In this document: one piece after another, positions 60,655 to 64,000 of the stretch
Layout: each line of letters starts with the position of its first letter
How positions within the stretch are numbered: position 1 is the stretch's first letter
Source of the DNA: Magallana gigas
Lineage: Eukaryota
DNA length: 64,000 bases
NCBI RefSeq assembly: GCF_963853765.1
Contig: NC_088859.1
Span: 28,768,001 to 28,832,000, forward strand
Direction of reading: 5' to 3'
Notes under the pieces: generated by a model
What the model saw: only the letters and a program-made list of their open reading frames with translations
Told to the model about the DNA's origin: nothing
The model's database searches: none
Translations under genes and position numbers: made by a program

Positions 60655-61910
60655 GACCAATCACCAGAGTCTGTATATACATAACCAGGGTCTGTACAAG
60701 TATCACCAGGGTCATTATCCCCATCAATAGAGTATGTATGCCCATCACCAGGGTCTGTAAATTTATGATTACCAAGGCCAGAGTACGTATTACCAGAGTT
60801 TGTAAGTCTATCACCAGAGTCAGAGTACATATCAACAAGCCCTGTGTACCCATCACCAGGGTCTGTAAATCTATCAGCAGGGTCATTTTACCTATGATTG
60901 ATGTCTTTTTTCCCTTCATCGGGGTCTTAATATGTATCATATGTATCACCATGGTCTGTAAATCTACCAGCAGGGTCTTAGTACCTAACAACAGAGTCTG
61001 AACACCAATAACCCGGGTCAGTATTCCCGTCGCCAGGCTCTCACTACCTACTAGTATCACCAGGGTCAGAGTACGTATCAATATGCAGTGTCTGTGTTCC
61101 CATCACCTGGGTCTGCATACAAATAACCTGGGTCAGTGTACGTATCATCAGGGTCAGTGTACGTATCTCCAGGGTCAGTGTTCATATCACCAGGGTCTGT
61201 ATACCCATAACCTGGGTCAGTATTACGATTATCAGGATGTCTTTATCTACTACCAGGGTCAGTGAACGTTTCACCAGGGTCTTTGTGCCCAATACCAAGT
61301 CAGTAGATCCATCACCAGGGTCTTGATGCATATCACCAAGGTCAGTATACATATCACCAAGGTCAGTATACATATCACCAGGGTCTGGGTGCCCATTACC
61401 AGGGTCTCAAAACCTATATTGTGATAGGTATTGAGACCCAGGTGATGGGTATACTGACTCTGGTTATGCATATACATGTACAGACCCTTGTAACATATAC
61501 ATTAACGTTGGTTATAGATATACTGACCCTGGTGATGGGTATACTGATTCAAGATATAGGTATACACACGCTAGTGATGTGCACTCTGACCCTATTTATA
61601 AATACTAGTATATAGACCCTGGTAATAGGCATATAGACCCTGGTGAAACGTACACTGACCCTGGTGATAGGCATTGAGACCCTCATGATGGTTACGGGGA
61701 TTTCTGGTTATTGATTAACAGACCCTGGTGATGAGCACAAAGACACATTAACCATCGTGATAGGTACTGGGACCCTGGTGTCCTGGTGATGGGTATACTG
61801 AATCTGGTTATGCGTATACAGACCCTGGTGATTTGTACACCGACCCTGGTAATATGTACTCTGACCCTGGTGATGGGTATACAGACCCTGGTGATGGGTA
61901 CACAGACTTT
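60655..61910. repeat. 21-bp minisatellite (consensus GACCCTGGTGATGGGTATACA) in two opposed arrays
   Basis: CCATCACCAGGGTC orientation at 60655-61417 and GACCCTGGTGATGG orientation at 61424-61910. Roughly 35 and 23 degenerate units. Confidence 0.92.
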
Positions 61911-62425
61911 GGTAAGGAGTTATGGACAGGGCTACATGGGTTGGTGTCCTGACCACACATCCCCCTTCCCAATAACTCCTGAAAAGAAAAACAAATTAAT
62001 AATCCCTCTCTAGTACAGTCCAGATACAGTACCATTGGTTTATATATAAACCCAATTTTTTCTTACTGGTATAAGAAAGGTAAGCGTGATATTTTGTTCA
62101 GGCAGGTGGCATTGTAAAACAGAGGGAGTGGGGTGGGAAAATTGCCAACAAATTCTTGACAAGAAAAAAAATTATTTTTCAAAAATTTGAAAATCCTTCA
62201 CCGTTAGGGTAGCTATTAAAATGCTAAGTTTACCTCAAACTTGAATTTCACTGATTATTTCCTCCCCTTCAGTTCAATTTTTTACATCCGCCGAAAGTGC
62301 TATGGAGGGGGGGGGGGCAACTGCATGGGGACAGGTCTCCCCCTGCCACTCCCAACCACCCACCCGTTTGAAGCTAAGTGTCTATTGTTTTCCTGAAACA
62401 TTGCCTTCATTGTCCTCTAAAATAT

Positions 62426-62502
62426 CATCTTCGCTAGCCAAGGGTTTTCGGTCCACTTTATGGGGAGCAAAAAGGACCGAAAACCCTTGGCTAGCGAAGA
62501 TG
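62426..62502. mobile_element. 77-bp hairpin MITE, copy 2, with perfect 9-bp TSD
   Basis: CTAAAATAT|CATCTTCGCTAGCC...GGCTAGCGAAGATG|CTAAAATAT. Absent from the homologous position in the left palindrome arm (about 60070). Confidence 0.92.
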
Positions 62503-62745
62503 CTAAAATATTTTATTAACTTTTTTCAGTGTAAACCAAAGTTACATAACATTCCTATAACTTTTAATGACTATATGTCAGGTTTCCTTTACTGTGATAA
62601 CATAACAAATCAATTTTGAAACCTATAGCGCAATAATTTCATAAAAAATGAGCGACACAAATGTCCTACAGCATCACGAAAAACAGTATTAACTGCGCCG
62701 CGTAATAATACTTAGCATGTGTTATGCATTAAGAAACAGTATTGG

Positions 62746-62746
<1 letters not shown>

Positions 62747-62776
<30 letters not shown>

Positions 62777-63773
62777 ATGGGTCTTCCGTCCGATTTTTGA
62801 ATAGATTAGATTAAACTTATCACTTCAAAGATAAAATCGTAAATTGCGGCAATCGGGGCTTGAACCCGGGTCACCTGGGCCATGTCCACGACTCTATCGA
62901 CTGAGCTACTCAGACTCTCGCTTCAGAATTTTGACGCTTAATTTCTCGAGATTGCCTGAATTACCTAGGCTGAAAGCACCTTGTTGCGAGCAACAAGTGG
63001 GTCTTTCGTTTGATTTTGAATTGATAGGGTTCAATTAAACTGTTGACATTTGGTACGATTTACTATCATATTAACTTCCTTTTAAACTAATTTTTCAAAC
63101 TACACTGCGAAATGCAGATTTCCGGAAACGTCATTTTTAAACGTCAATATCTCTGCAATGCGTTGTCCGATTTTAAAACGGTTTTTAGTTTTGTATTCAG
63201 TACAAAAATGTCAACAAAACGCATATGCTTTAAAATTCCAAAAATCGAAATATTAGAATGACTTCCGGTGACGACCGGAAGTGACGGACGACCTGCTCAT
63301 ATTAAAATTTGATAAGTTTTAAACATATTCTGATGGAAAAAAAATTGTAGATTATTTGATTTAAAAAAATTTTAAAACACAATTTTCCAAAAATGCTGTT
63401 TGAGCGGACCGGAAGTGACGGACGATCGTAGTTTTACCTGATCGGCCATAGAAATTCAAAAATCTATCATTCCTGAAACTTTTAATTTTCTATCTTTAAT
63501 CGTTTTTGCGAAAAAGGGAGGACAAGATCCCTTTTTACCAAAAGAAAAACGAATATAACGGCCGACCGGAAGTGACGTCATCAACAAAAATGTACATGAT
63601 AAAAGACCTTGATATTTTGTATTATTCGTAAAAATTTCATAAAAATCCATTGTAGCATATTTGAGTTTTAAGAAAAATGTTAAGAAAAAAAAGAATAATA
63701 ATAGTGAAAAATAGAGAAAAAGAAACCTAACAAAAACAATAGGGTCTTCCGTTGGAAACGGAAGACCCTAATA
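62747..63773 (+). mobile_element. Helentron-type non-autonomous element (HINE-like), about 1.03 kb
   Basis: 5' AACTAGACACGATCTCGTTGCGAGCAACG with subTIR GGGTCTTCCGT (62779-62789). 3' hairpin TAGGGTCTTCCG-TTGGAAA-CGGAAGACCCTA (63740-63770). Duplicated 5' end at about 62980-63010, internal ACCGGAAGTGACG repeats, A/T-rich target and no TSD. Strand is arbitrary. Confidence 0.75.
62845..62916 (-). other. tRNA-derived Pol III promoter-like segment inside the Helentron-type element
   Basis: On -: A-box TAGCTCAGTCGATAGAG, B-box GGTTCAAGCCCC. Acceptor and anticodon stems are not intact. Confidence 0.6.
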
Positions 63774-64000
63774 ATATAAATATAAGTGATAAAGAATCAT
63801 TCTCGGAATAGTATGAGTTGATAATTTCGGCCAGACCGTGGTCAAATCTATTATAAAGTCCTTCGAGCTTTATTAGATTTGAACACTCTCCGGCCAAAAT
63901 CACCTGAGACTAGTAATATTCAAAGAATGATTCCTTTTTCTTAAATCAATTTTATACCAGACCGGTATTTTTTTTAAGTATGGCGTAATCTCACGGTTTG

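Larger units (their letters stand above)
59299..64000. repeat. Large degenerate inverted duplication (palindrome) centred at 61418-61423, running off the window end
   Basis: Colinear inverted matches: 59299-59520 with 63773-64000; 59570-59726 with 62586-62740; 60010-60360 with 62160-62575; 60590 with 61985; and mirror-image 21-bp arrays meeting at the apex. Confidence 0.85.

Noticed and set aside
60655-61910. 21-bp repeat array as a CRISPR array
   Set aside because: Eukaryotic context, contiguous degenerate units with no unique spacers, and no cas genes.
60650-62013. Long TLVMGIQ-type ORFs (60650-61081, 61421-61615, 61786-62013 and others)
   Set aside because: This frame of the minisatellite rarely mutates to a stop, so long ORFs are expected by chance. 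They occur on both strands as mirror images.

Overview
AT-rich eukaryotic genomic DNA with GT-AG introns and three short N gaps. The repeat content suggests a bivalve, probably a Crassostrea/Magallana oyster (inference). I spliced four protein-coding genes by hand. (1) A 7-exon TEX47/C7orf62-like gene on + (1127-6001). (2) A 10-exon METTL14 on - (6990-12449), convergent with TEX47-like. (3, 4) Two tandem 3-exon class A neuropeptide-type GPCR paralogues on - (18478-34814 and 36014-52208). The rest is intron and intergenic DNA rich in non-autonomous DNA transposons. Main structural oddities: an IS3EU-type element inserted into a copy of itself; a 4.7-kb IS3EU-type element holding host-like DNA; two 77-78 bp MITEs with 9-bp TSDs; a 1.4-kb tail-to-tail inverted pair; and a degenerate palindrome of at least 4.7 kb (59299 to the window end) folded at about 61420 around a 21-bp minisatellite. 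No rRNA, intact tRNA or CRISPR array was seen. Family names are recalled from motif knowledge, not database searches, and percent identities are estimates by eye.
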